DNA of 63,124 nucleotides, filler included, from Octopus bimaculoides (GCF_001194135.2; 10 parts of 9 records of this genome joined end to end with filler, not necessarily neighbours in it); one strand, 5' to 3'; shown: positions 10,577 through 23,103, numbered from the whole stretch's first letter. The notes: generated by a model from the sequence alone, not told the origin. Numbers and translations: made by a program.

Positions 10577-11500
10577 ATGCCATGTACAAAAGAAGCCTTG
10601 GGACTCTCTGAATTTCAAAGAGGCTGTTTTATTGGTCTTTCTGAAGTGGTAATTGCAGGAAACCTTGGGATCCCGCTTTCCACAGTAAATCGATCAACCA
10701 GGGCTCTCTGATAGGATCCTTTTCTTTGTTAAGAGAAATGTGAATGATAATCCTCGTTGCAAGGCCTCTGACATAGTAGAACAAGTAGATATTAAGTCCT
10801 AGAACAGCTGTCAGGTATCTCGACAAACTTGTTTATTTTGGCAGAGCAGCAAGATGGAAGTCACTTCTTCGACCAGCCGACATCAAGCGGAGAAAAGATT
10901 GGGCCACTAGAATTTTGGGATACTGTCATGTTCTCTGATGAGTCCAGATTTGCCCGTATTTCCTGAGAGTGGTCGAGTGTGGGTCTGGAGACTGATCAAG
11001 AATTTGATGTGAAAAGATTGCAGCCAATAATGGAACACGGCAGCTATTCTGTGATGGTCTGGGGAGCAATTTGGAGCAATGGTCAATCAGAGCTGGTGGA
11101 GTGTAAGGGAAACATAAACTCAGATACATGTGTTCATATTGCAGGAAGGATTCCTTCCAACCTTCTCCAGTGAGGAAAATGATTAAAGAAGACTCTTTAT
11201 TTATGGAAGAGGGGTTCCTTGTCAAACGGCTAAAATGACCCAAAATTTGTTGGATGAGAATGGCATTTAAAAGCTTCCATCGCCAAGCCAGTCACCAGAT
11301 ATGAACCCAATTGAACACATCTGGGACATAATACACAGGACAATTCATGAAAAGATCAAAAAAGCATCTTGAAAGCCAGATCTTTTGGGATTACTGCATA
11401 AAATGTGGCATGAAATTCCGCAAGAGAATATTCATCTGATTTGTAACATGCCTAATATGATCCATGTACTGAAAAATGCTAAGATAATGTCTACTAAATA
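10577..11500 (+). mobile_element. Degenerate Tc1-family transposon
   Basis: LSEFQRGCFIGL, FSDESRF, HGSYSVMVWGAIWSNG and SPDMNPIEHIWD. Frameshifted. Confidence 0.85.
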
Positions 11501-11584
11501 TTTACATTATAACAATGAATAAATAATAATATATATATTCATATGTATATATGTATATAAGCATATATATATATATATATATAT

Positions 11585-11684
11585 NNNNNNNNNNNNNNNN
11601 NNNNNNNNNNNNNNNNNNNNNNNNNNNNTTAATTAATTAANNNNNNNNNNNNNNNNNNNNNNNNNNNNNNNNNNNNNNNNNNNN
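11585..11684. other. Artificial 100-bp join spacer (44 N + TTAATTAATTAA + 44 N); eight more elsewhere
   Basis: Identical spacers centred at 11629, 20902, 33122, 50323, 53235, 54479, 56739, 58834 and 61880. Confidence 0.95.
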
Positions 11685-12160
11685 TTGCCAGTGCCCCTGG
11701 ACTGGCTCTTGTGCGGCTGACACATGAGGTTTTTCGGGCGAGATCGTTGCCGGTGCCCCTGGACTGGCTCATGTATGGGTGACACATGAAATATATCGAG
11801 CAGGATCATTGCCAGTGCCCCTGGACTGGCTCATGTGCGGGCAACACATGAAATCTTTCGAGCGAGATCGTTGCCAGTGCCCCTGGACTGGCTTTTGTGC
11901 GGGTGGCACATAAAAGACACCATTTCGAGCGTGGCCGTTGCCAGTACCGCCTGACTGGCCTTCGTGCAGGTGACACGTAAAAGCACCCACTACACTCTCT
12001 GAGTGGTTGGCATTAGGAAGGGCATCCAGCTGTAGAAACTCTGCCAAATTAGATTGGAGCCTGGTGTTGCCATCCGGTTTCACCAGTCCTCAGTCAAATC
12101 GTCCAACCCATGCTAGCATGGAAGGCGGACGTTAAACAATGATGATGATGATGATGATGT
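11685..12160 (+). mobile_element. SINE family C (RTE-type 3' end, (GAT)n tail) with internal 62-bp tandem array
   Basis: Near-identical to 29150-29460 (minus). Ends catgctagcatggaaggcggacgttaaac(aatg)(atg)n. Five repeat units start at 11685, 11747, 11809, 11871 and 11938. Confidence 0.8.
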
Positions 12161-13194
12161 AAGAGGATGTCAATAAATAAAAACAAATACAGCATGTTGT
12201 ATTATCTTACATGGGTTGTTTAATGATACAAGTGTATTTCATGAAAGATAAATCTTATCAAATATAAAGAAGAAAATAACACAAGAGTTTGGAGAAAAAA
12301 GCATTATAATCAGCAGGCCATTCTGGTGTATTGTGCCTCTTGGATTATTTTCTTTCTTATATTTGATGAGGGAAATTTTTCTTGAAATATATTAGAAGCA
12401 ATAAACAACCCTGTAAGCTAATACAATATCTTGTCTTTGTTAAAATTTATTGGTATTACCTTACATATTTTGCCTGATTTCTCACCTGTGTTGCTAAAAG
12501 GTTTTCTTTACTTTTTAATATCTACATCATTAATAAACATAAAATGAAAACAACAATAATGCAAAACAAATAGTATTACAATAGCACAAATAATTGATAG
12601 CCTTTACAAATCCACCTTATCGTAGATTATTTCCAGTGTGTAGCTAATCAACAAAACTATTGAAGGAGATGTATTATAAACCAATGACTTCATGAGATTC
12701 ACTAGCAGTCCAAGAGAGTATATCCTGGAGTGATTTATGTTTGCCTTTCCCATGCCAACTGGAGAAACTGAGCTCAGTATTGAACACTAAGATGAGCCAA
12801 GTGACACTGATAAGTAATGCACAGGAAGATTTATAAAATCAAAAGTAGTATTCCACAAGAAAGATAATATACACAACAGAAATAAATTCTGTTTAAGAAA
12901 ACGTATTACAAAATATCATAAATTCTTTCAAAAGTAATCTTGTTATGTCTACTAACTTCTGGAAAGCTCACCATGTTAATATAATTAAATCTGAATCAAA
13001 GTCTTTTTTTTTTTTTTCCTTTTTAGTGACAAATGGTAATTCATCTCTGAGCAGAAATATATATATTTCAGTGCCTAGATTCTCTTTTCTATGAAGTACA
13101 ATTCAGACATTTGAAAAGGCATCTACAACCAACTCCCTACTTCTTTTGAAATATATTCATCATACTCAAAACCATTATACTAGGAAATTCTACC

Positions 13195-13412
13195 TTAACC
13201 TTTTGGCATTTAAACTAGACATATCTGATCAAAATGATCTGTTTTATCTTCAAACCAACCAGATCTGGCCTCTCACACCCTACAATATTACTTTCAAAAT
13301 TATCAATCATGCCATTGAAATCTTAATGCTACAAGGTAATATGACTAATCCAAATCAATGTGAATAAATAAGCATTTCATTTGACATAGTAATCTGAATG
13401 CCAGAGAGTTAA
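13195..13412. mobile_element. piggyBac-type MITE, diverged copy, inverted relative to 17707-17933
   Basis: Bounded by TTAA at both ends and aligns along its length to the reverse complement of 17707-17933. Confidence 0.7.
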
Positions 13413-15144
13413 AGTATTTTCCCTCCTTAGGCTACAGCTTTCACAACTTCCACCTCTCATGATATTCCCATTAATAATCAATGATTTTAGATTAAATACT
13501 AACCACATCAAAATTAACTAATTATCTTATAATGTTAAACTTCAAAATAATGGGGGAAACATGCTGACAGGTATCAGACAGCCAGTTGAGAAGTCATCAG
13601 TTTGTACCCTGTCACCAGCATTCTGTTGTACCCAAATCCTAGACATATAACTCCCAACAGATAAATCCATTTATATCTAAGCAGGTACTGCAAAGAGTAA
13701 CTCTCTGTTGTAAGCAGCTATTTTTCTGTAAAACTGGCAAGGTTTTGTAGGCTTGCAATGATGAGTTCTATTTCTGTTGTATGAAAAGTTGCCTGTGATA
13801 GACCAGCATCTTATCTCATTCACTTGGCACCAAAGAAAATAGAGGCAAACACCAGCCCATTGAATTGTACGGGGTTATATAATTTTTTTTTAAAACTCTT
13901 CCAAACTAAACAAGTTCAATATAGAGCATTGTCATTCTTTCTAAAACTATCAAAAAAAACAAAAAAACTAAGAAAAATTTTAGATTAAAGTAACCATGTA
14001 CATAAAAGAAGTCCTGAAATCTTCAGCAGGAATAGATTTTCTGTGTGAAAAAATAGGCTTCTTTTGTGGAAGGCTTACAATTACTTTTCAAAAAATATCA
14101 TTCTCAAACATTGTCATCAAAATTGAAGACCTCAGAAATACCTTAGAAAATGAAGAAATCAAATTATGCATTATTAGATTTTTAAAAAAAAAGCAATATA
14201 AAAAGGTTTTCTTATAAAGTCTTTTTTTTGGTTAGTTATAAAAAAGTGAGATGTTTCCATTTCAGAGTTATATTGTAATGTGTAAATACATATTTGAACT
14301 AACCTAAAGTTTATGTACTAATCTATATTTTGTTAAGGAATTTCATCTTTGAGGCTATTTTCTGTTGAGATATCTCAAGTTTATTAACATAACATGACTC
14401 GCAGAAAATATCAATTCTATTTTTTGGTAGATGTTTAACATTATTACAGGAATGACCAAGAAATTTAATTTCACAGTGAAAAGATTAATGAGGCTAATTA
14501 TACATTTTTACAGTTGACATGTAGCTACTGGGGATATGCTTACCTAATAGCAGAATAAAAGTATTCAGAGGTCTTTAAAATGCTCTACCTAAGATAGACA
14601 TAAGCAGTATTAATGATGAAAGCAACACTTTGGATTTTATGTCAAACTCTTGTACTGCCTTTGGTTGATCACACATTCAGTTGTCCACAGGAAACTCATC
14701 TGCAATGCAGTCAGAATAGAGTCCCTTCTGGGCTGGCATAAATGGCAACATGGACAGATGAAAATATGGACTAAAATGATCAAATCAGGTATTGAGTTAC
14801 TGAAGTTCATATGTGTATGGTGTCTGCAATCTGAATTATAGCTGGTTGATGATCTCTAAGTTGGACAGTTGTGATTACCAGGTATAGATGGCTTTTGCTC
14901 ATGATGCTGTGAATTTATTGATTGGGGCCAGCTCAACTCAGTCTGGATGAATACCGACACAAGTATTAGTAAGTATTATCATTTAATAACTAATTATTGC
15001 AAAGTGTTACTCACTACTCTTAAGGAAGGTTATTGGATCTCTATGTAGGGAAACTTGTTAATAACTTCATCATGTGGAATTAATTACTCATCACATAAAT
15101 AAATAATACATTCATAAAAGAAAACTGTGTACAAAGTTACTTAC

Positions 15145-16728
15145 TTTAACACGAGCATCTTTCTGCAACATATTAAGCTTGCTAATATCTTGGATTTTAA
15201 ATGCTAACCATCGGTTAACTGGAATAATTACAAGTGTGAAAGTTAAACCAGCTAAAAAAGAAAGTCCAATTTGCTGATAGAGAAGGAACAGAGCTATTGC
15301 AACTTTTAAGGGTAAGCTCCATAGTTGGTGAAAACTTACACAAAAATTAACAATCCGATCAGTATCAGTACTCATAAAATTAACAATCTTCCCAGCGGAA
15401 AATTCAGACATCAGAACATTGTTTACAGACAAAACTTTTTTGTATAATGTAGTTATAATAGCAGCTCGAACTTTGAACTGAAGTACTTGTATACGATATG
15501 TGAATTGTGAGGAACAGAATGATCCAATCAAAGAAGTGAGAAAAAGTGTGCAGGCATAAAATATTCCATCAGATTCTTTGGTTTTACTGTTTTCCATAAA
15601 AGAAATAAGGTAGTTGAGAAGAATTGGACCAGAAAAACTTAAAACGTCTGTAAAGATTTTCAAGATGCCTATAAGAATATATTCATTACCATATTCTTTG
15701 AATAAAGTTTTAAGGAGAGAATGTTTTCCACAATTTTGGGAAGATGGATCTTGAATAGCAATGGAAGGTGATGCAGAAAAACTATTGATAGATTCCTCAT
15801 TGTTGTCCCAGAAAGGATCTGTTTGACTTTGAGCTCTTCCTTTGCTTAGTATGTATTGAATTAAACTGTTACTAAAATTCTGCACAATTGTGTGTGTTCG
15901 AAGACGTCGAGGTAGATGATGTAAGTCTCCTACAGAGGCAATTTTACTTCTTGTTCCACGCCGCATCATAGGTTGTACCCAATGGAAGGATAAACGGGAA
16001 AAACAACTGGATCCATCTTCTGCAATTTCTACTTGACTATGATCAACTTGTATACCACCATAATTATTAACATGATCTGATATTAGAGGTTCAGTTTCTA
16101 AGGGATCATAATTAATGAGGAAAGACTGGCCAGGTATATCTTCACGCCGCCTTGAGGGCAAAATTGAAACAAGATACAAGCAATGAAATGCTAATGATAT
16201 ATACACTGTATACTCCTCAATTGGATTATTTAAATTTGGATGAATCAGATGATGCAGTGCCACACTACGAGTCTGAATAATACGAGATGCAAGCGTAAGT
16301 AAGACAGCCAAATTCATTATGACTGGTCCACGTAAGCTCAGCCAATATACTTCTCGGAGATACCATAAGAAAACCAAATTAGTCAACCATGTGAAAGCAA
16401 TGATGCATTCTGTAACACCATCCATGATACTTAGCTTCTGGTAATTTAATAACGTAGAAAGAGTAACTCCAGTTATTGGAATGATCATTAGCAAGACAGT
16501 GACCAAAACACGTAAGATTAGAAACCATGGCGGTGAGAGAATTTCTCCAAGATTGCGATTATTATCTTGAGCTGCAGCTGCAAAATAAACACTGCAGATT
16601 GCAAGAATGAGATGAGTTGGACAGATGATTGCTAGTTGTTCAAAGCAATAGCCAAAATCCCCAGCTCGCCACTCAGTAAAATTCTTTCCCTTTCCACACA
16701 AATCTTGCCATTTCCAGGTGAATGTCAT
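15145..16728 (-). CDS. ABCC10: Large coding exon of an ABCC10/MRP7-type ABC transporter (TMD0, L0 and start of TMD1); downstream exons not found
   Basis: 528 codons from ATG 16728 with DLCG...GDFGYCF, AEDGSSCFSRLSFHWVQP, FSGPILLNYLI, NFMSTDTDRIVNFCVSFHQLWSLP and KDARVK, recognisable as ABCC10. Donor AAA|GTAAGT at 15145/15144. Pyrimidine-rich acceptor ttttgtag at 16872, so the exon would be 16871-15145. Confidence 0.9.
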
Positions 16729-17706
16729 TTTGGAATTTTTAGTGCTTTTTGCCAACTTTCAATAATTTATTAATGATATGTTTCCATCTTCTCCATTCTG
16801 ATGAGGTATTTCTGTTTCTTCCAAGTCTGTCAGGAGCGAGATATTTTTAATTGTACCATATTAGCTGGTAACTACAAAATAAAAAGAAAAGAAAGGTAGA
16901 ATTAATTATTCAAAAATATATAAATTATTTTAATCAAAATGAGAGATAATTGAAATTTCAATAAAGTATTTCAAAAACAAATACTATTATGATTATGAAA
17001 TATAATTTTATTAGTAGATTGTTAAGTTCTTTAACTCTTTGAATGCAGAAAGTGGATACAGCCACTCAAAATTTTATTATGGTTAACTGTAGAAAACAGT
17101 GAAATTTAATGAGGCAGACAAAGGGTTAAAATATTACAATAGACAAATTTAAAATAACAGAATGACTTATAACCGACATAAAATATGAAAATATCTGAGA
17201 TTACAAAAGACAAAGAACAAGTATTATTTGTTTTAGATTCATATAAAGCTACAAAATTTTTTCATTCAATATGGCACATTTCCTTTGTCAAATTGAACAT
17301 TTTTTTACTACTAGTTCTTTCCTTAAATTGAGGGATAATATCCACATTATGTAAAAGAATGTTGTAATATCTGCTACAAAGAAATGATTTTAGTAATATT
17401 GGTAATTAAAACATATAAATGTTGTGTCCAACAGTTATTGATAATCTCTAATACCCACAATATAGTAAAAGTTGGCCTTCTATTTTAGAGCCAGAAAATT
17501 CCTCAGCCACCAACAGTTGCTAATTATCTATGAAACCAAAGTGAGATCAACAATGGGATAATATTACTCTCCTATCTGAGATGATGCTGTTTCTACATGT
17601 CCAAACATGCTTAAACCATATTAATAAAGAAAAAAAAGTATCTTGATTAATTGGCATGGAATCACTCATCAACACACTCAATATTCTGGCTCTCCTGGAT
17701 GTTATC

Positions 17707-17933
17707 TTAACCCTTTAGCATTCACATTTCTCTGTCAAATGTAATGCATTTTATTCACTTTGTTTTGAATTATTCATGCATTATCTAATAGCTTTGAGGT
17801 TTTGATGGGGTAACTGATAATTTTTAGAATGATATTGTAAGGTTGGTGTGAGAGGCCAGATCTGACCAGTTTGAGCATAAGACAAGTAGAATACTTTGGC
17901 CAGATATGGCCAGTTTAAATGCTAAAGGGTTAA
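17707..17933. mobile_element. piggyBac-type MITE
   Basis: TTAA target duplication on both sides and perfect 12-bp TIR CCCTTTAGCATT / AATGCTAAAGGG. Confidence 0.8.
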
Positions 17934-18649
17934 AGATATACTCTTGTTCCTCCTCATCATCATATCTATTTCTCCTCCGCACCTATATGCAATTTGGATA
18001 ACACTTCATCTCCTCTTACTCAAACTCCACATCTTCCCTTTTCTTATCACTTTGATTTTCTCTCACGAATACCCTGACATTATCTTTTCATTTACCTCCC
18101 CCTCCCATGCTGTCTCCTCACTTTTTCTATTGTTTTTTTTTCCACTCACATAGCCTTGGTCAGCCCAGGCTATAGTAGAAGACACCTGCCCACATCAGCA
18201 AAACAGTTCTAGAAGCGCTGTGCGTCCCACCCACACTTAACAAGAAAACTTTTCACACGCTCTACCACAACAAACCAAACTACATCTCTACATCTCTTTT
18301 GTAAACTCTACCTTCAACCATTGAATCAATGTCACATCCTTTGAAATGGCTCAATTTCTTTCCTCACACCAGCTACCTTACAGAGTGTACTGGGTGCATT
18401 TTTGTCATGATACCAGCACCATTGCAGTTGCCTTGCCATCAGCAAGACGAAAAAGACCTCTCAAGCCCTGTGTTATCACTGTCCAAATTGATTACCAAAC
18501 ACTTAGCTTAGCATGTGCTGGGTGCTTTTTATGGCACCAGCACCATTGGGGTTGCCTTGTAGCTTACAAACAGAAAGAGAGTACTCCATGAAGGAAAAGA
18601 ACAGGATTATTGTGAAAAGATGGGGATAGAGCAAATAACAGAATAAACA

Positions 18650-19680
18650 ATGTTCAGATGGGAGTAGCAGAGGAGAGAGGAGGGGAAGAGTGACGTCAGG
18701 GGTTAGTACCAATGAGGAGGAGGGGATAATGAGGCAATGGTAATAGGATGGGTCGAGCAGGTTGACCAGTGATGGGACAGGTCAGTTAGATGGGTTTGTC
18801 AGGGTCAAAGATATTGATATTGTTGGTGTTACATAGGTTTATTGTTGAGTAAGGGTAGGAACACTGTTAGACAGAAGTGGGCTATAACAGGGAAGTGGAA
18901 AGTAGCATAAGTGGACAATTGAAAAAGAACAATAAGACAGCAGGATGGGTAAAGTAAGAGATATTTAGTGTGCTATACTATCTGCTATGTGAATGTGTGG
19001 GCAAAGTGGTACATGAAGGAAAGATAAGATAGAAGTGGGTAATGGGAGGAGAATGGGGAAGGTAAAGGAAATGATGTCAGAAGATAAGTAACTGAGAGTC
19101 AGTGATTAGAGGAGAATGAGAGGGTGTTGAGTAGGAAGAGATATAATATTACTATGGGTAGACAGAGAGGTGCAAAGGAAAGGTACATAAGATGACAATG
19201 TAAGGCTAGAGTATATTTTCAAGGTAGCATGTCCAAAAGAGCATGATGACAGATGAGTCAAGGAAGGTGCGTAAAGGTTTCCACCATGCAATCCCTCCCC
19301 ATTGAAGGACCATGACTTTTGATATAAGAAGAAGGAATGGTAGCAGGATGTAGATGGTGAAGGTTTGAGGAAGGAAAATATTCAATATGTAAAAATTGAG
19401 TACTTTCCTCTCAGTTAAGGCATTGTGAGAAGAGGAAATGAAAGGGAGTAGAATAGGCACAACAGTTAATAGAATAGCTGGTCTGAGTTGCAAGGGTATG
19501 GAATGGACAATAGATCAAGGGTACATAGAGATGCATGCACAGAGAGTAAAGAAAAGGCACTGCAGATAGAGGGATGCACACTCTAAGCTTGACGGGGATA
19601 TCAGGGCCTTCTGCAGCACTGAATATCACCAGTCAATACAATTTTCAATACACTCCTTCATCAGATATAACATACCAAGA
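18650..19680 (-). mobile_element. Possible highly decayed Penelope-like RT remnant
   Basis: Patchy similarity only: NIFLPQTFTIYILLP, PATIPSSYIK and FLLNTLSFSSNH occur in the order expected for PLE RT motifs. Many stops. Confidence 0.3.
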
Positions 19681-20150
19681 TCATTTTTCACCACCTCGTC
19701 TCAAGTCTTACTAGGTCTCACTCTCCCACAAGTCCCATTCACTTTGAGCACTCATCTTTCATTCCCATCACGTGCCCGTACCAGTACCATCTCTTCTCTT
19801 GCACACTACAGCTGATTTCTCTTATACCCAGTTTATCTCTCAATTCATTTGTACTTTGTTGTTTATGCACACTAACATGACACATCCAGTGAAGTATGGT
19901 GAGTTCATTTATTTCAAAACTTTGTATGTCTTCCACCCTTAAGGCCCATGGGTCATTGCTGTGCAGTAGTGCATTTCACATACATGTCAATTGTTCTCTA
20001 GCCCAATCTTATTCTAGCTACCATACTCTCAGTATATCCACCTTACAACTAATTTGGTTACCTAGGCAACAAAAGCTATCATTTACATTCAGGGAGCCAT
20101 CTAGGCATTGGAGAGAATCTATTTCCTGAATGCTCTTACAGTTTATATAC
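19680..20150 (-). mobile_element. RTE-clade LINE 3' fragment
   Basis: ELTILHWMCHVSV...NELRDKLGIREI...RWYWYGHVMGM matches the RTE C-terminal LRW.GHV.R region. Confidence 0.75.
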
Positions 20151-20242
20151 ACACAGACACATTCTTATTGATTTATTCTTTTACTATTGAAATTTATTCC
20201 TATGTCAACATTTCTGTATAAGTAATTGGGGAGGATAGCGAT

Positions 20243-20731
20243 ATGAACCCTGATATAAATGATAATAATAATAACAATAATAGTAATAATAATCGGAATA
20301 TGATTATAGTAACAGAGGTCAACCCCAGAAGATTGAAGTTTGAAGGCCCTAATGCGAGAGTTAGAAATGTAGTTTATCAATGTAAGGTAAGGACTCAGAC
20401 AGATGTTAGCCGATACCTGGGGTATACTTTGGGACAAATCTGTAAAAGATTATCTAATCATGATAGTACCTTTAGAGATAGAAGTAAAATAGCAAGTACT
20501 AGTCTTAGTAAATTCATTTGGGAACTGAAAGAACAAAAAAAGCAATATTCGTTAGAATGGTCAATCATTGGGAGGTCTTTCCCGTATGACAAAGGTAGGA
20601 GATATTGTTCGTTATGTAATTTAGAACTATATTTTATATTATCCTCTAAGGGTAAGTTGATAAATAAACTAACAAATAATGCTCTAAGATGTACACATTA
20701 TCCAAGACACACGTTTCTCTGGTTTAAATGA
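20243..20731 (+). CDS. Second Penelope-like GIY-YIG endonuclease fragment
   Basis: NVVYQCKV...YLGYT...RLSNHDSTF...STSLSKFIWELKE...CSLCNLELYFI, homologous to 8590-9468. The 3' flank ends in a gap. Confidence 0.8.
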   Translation: MNPDINDNNNNNNSNNNRNMIIVTEVNPRRLKFEGPNARVRNVVYQCKVRTQTDVSRYLGYTLGQICKRLSNHDSTFRDRSKIASTSLSKFIWELKEQKKQYSLEWSIIGRSFPYDKGRRYCSLCNLELYFILSSKGKLINKLTNNALRCTHYPRHTFLWFK

Positions 20732-20957
20732 GTTATAAATTGCAGTATGACCAGGTATTATAGTATATTATAGTATAATATTAGGTCTTAAGGCAGGCCA
20801 TATCAATGTATAATTTACCAATAGAAGTTGTGATTTTTTGCTAAAGCTTCTAGAGATNNNNNNNNNNNNNNNNNNNNNNNNNNNNNNNNNNNNNNNNNNN
20901 NTTAATTAATTAANNNNNNNNNNNNNNNNNNNNNNNNNNNNNNNNNNNNNNNNNNNN

Positions 20958-21018
<61 letters not shown>

Positions 21019-21164
21019 GTCTATCTATCTATCTCACCTTCAGACATCTTTGGCAGGGGTCATGGACATAACTGGAATTGATCTAAGGTGGATGACTCCA
21101 CCTCGCCCAAGGTTTTATCATACAGGACAGCACGATGATGTCATATGTGGGTAAGGTGAAGGCG

Positions 21165-21375
21165 TCGAGCTGGCAGAAACGTTAGCACACTGGGCGAAAT
21201 GCTTAGCAGTATTTCATCTGTCTTTACGTTCTGAGTTCAAATTCTGCTGATATCGACTTTGCCTTTCATCCTTTTGGCGTTGATAAATTAAGCACCACTT
21301 CCATACTGGGATTGATCTAATTGACTCCCCCACTGCCTCACTCCCCAAAAATTACGGGCCTCGTACCTAGAGTAG
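21165..21375 (+). mobile_element. SINE family B copy
   Basis: Similarity to the family B consensus. Confidence 0.8.
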
Positions 21376-21994
21376 AAAGGAACATGTGGGTAGGGTTTGT
21401 TTTAGATTTAATGTCTTGAAGGTGGTTAGTCTGTATGGTAGTGGGGTGAGGGGGTGGAAATGGACAGTCAAGCATCTCCTCTCCAAAATTAAGAGAGGGA
21501 TAATGTATACATGTATGTATATANNNNNNNNNNGTGGAGTCAGTGGTGGTGGTGGTTGTCATAGTAGTGCTACAGATGGTAGTAGCTGCAGTAATGCTGG
21601 TGGTGGTGGTGGTGGTGGTGGGGATGGGGTGGTAGTGATGGTGGTGGTAGTTGCAGTAGTGTTGTCGTTGTTGTTGTTTTTAGTGGTGGCGGTGCTTGCT
21701 GCGTGACCAAAACCAACAAACCATCGACAAAACCCAGTGAAGGTCATATTTGTCGGCAACCACTTCCAGACAGAGTGATTTGTCTAGACTGGTGAGGTTA
21801 CTAATTAGAGGGATAGCTAATTGGTTAATTACTGTCAATGGAGAATGAGGCCAAGAGAGTGAAATAGAGAGAGAAACACAGATACAGAGAGAAGGAAAGA
21901 AAGCAGGAGAGAGAGAGAGGGGCAGAGAGACAGCCAGAGATCATGCAAGATCATCTTTGGAACTTTGATTAACTTAAGGTTGATATTTATTTGT

Positions 21995-22055
21995 CCTGCT
22001 GTAGATCAAATAATATATCTATCTGTCTGTATGTCTGTCTGTCTGTGTGTCTGTG

Positions 22056-22104
<49 letters not shown>

Positions 22105-22203
22105 GTCTGTCTGTCTGTCTGCCTGCCTGTCTGTCTGTATGTTTGTCTGTATGTCTGGATGTCTGTATGTCTGTCTGTATGTCTGTCTGTATGTCTGTCT
22201 GTA

Positions 22204-22296
<93 letters not shown>

Positions 22297-22311
22297 GTCT
22301 ATCTATCTATC
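21995..22311. repeat. Compound (TGTC)n/(CTAT)n microsatellite
   Basis: Direct reading of the sequence. Confidence 0.95.
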
Positions 22312-23062
22312 TCACCTTCAGACATCTTTGGCAGGGGTCATGGACATAACTGGAATTGATCTAAGGTGGATNNNNNNNNNNNNNNNNNNNNNNNNNNNNN
22401 NNNNNNNNNNNNNNNNNNNNNNNNNNNNNNNNNNNNNNNNNNNNNNNNNNNNNNNNNNNNNNNNNNNNNNNNNNNNNNNNNNNNNNNNNNNNNNNNNNNN
22501 NNNNNNNNNNNNNNNNNNNNNNNNNNNNNNNNNNNNNNNNNNNNNNNNNNNNNNNNNNNNNNNNNNNNNNNNNNNNNNNNNNNNNNNNNNNNNNNNNNNN
22601 NNNNNNNNNNNNNNNNNNNNNNNNNNNNNNNNNNNNNNNNNNNNNNNNNNNNNNNNNNNNNNNNNNNNNNNNNNNNNNNNNNNNNNNNNNNNNNNNNNNN
22701 NNNNNNNNNNNNNNNNNNNNNNNNNNNNNNNNNNNNNNNNNNNNNNNNNNNNNNNNNNNNNNNNNNNNNNNNNNNNNNNNNNNNNNNNNNNNNNNNNNNN
22801 NNNNNNNNNNNNNNNNNNNNNNNNNNNNNNNNNNNNNNNNNNNNNNNNNNNNNNNNNNNNNNNNNNNNNNNNNNNNNNNNNNNNNNNNNNNNNNNNNNNN
22901 NNNNNNNNNNNNNNNNNNNNNNNNNNNNNNNNNNNNNNNNNNNNNNNNNNNNNNNNNNNNNNNNNNNNNNNNNNNNNNNNNNNNNNNNNNNNNNNTATAT
23001 ATATGTATATATATGTATGTATGTATATATATATATATACATATACAAATATATATATACAT

Positions 23063-23103
<41 letters not shown>

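Noticed and set aside
11685-11985. CRISPR-like look of the 62-bp array
   Set aside because: The spacers are homologous to each other, the array lies inside a eukaryotic SINE, and there are no cas genes.
12200-15100. Further ABCC10 exons
   Set aside because: I found no minus-strand frame resembling the expected continuation (...GIRVIK...).
21033-22371. Identical ~60-bp sequence after (CTAT)n at 21033 and 22311
   Set aside because: Both are next to microsatellites and the second ends at a gap. Most likely redundant assembly.
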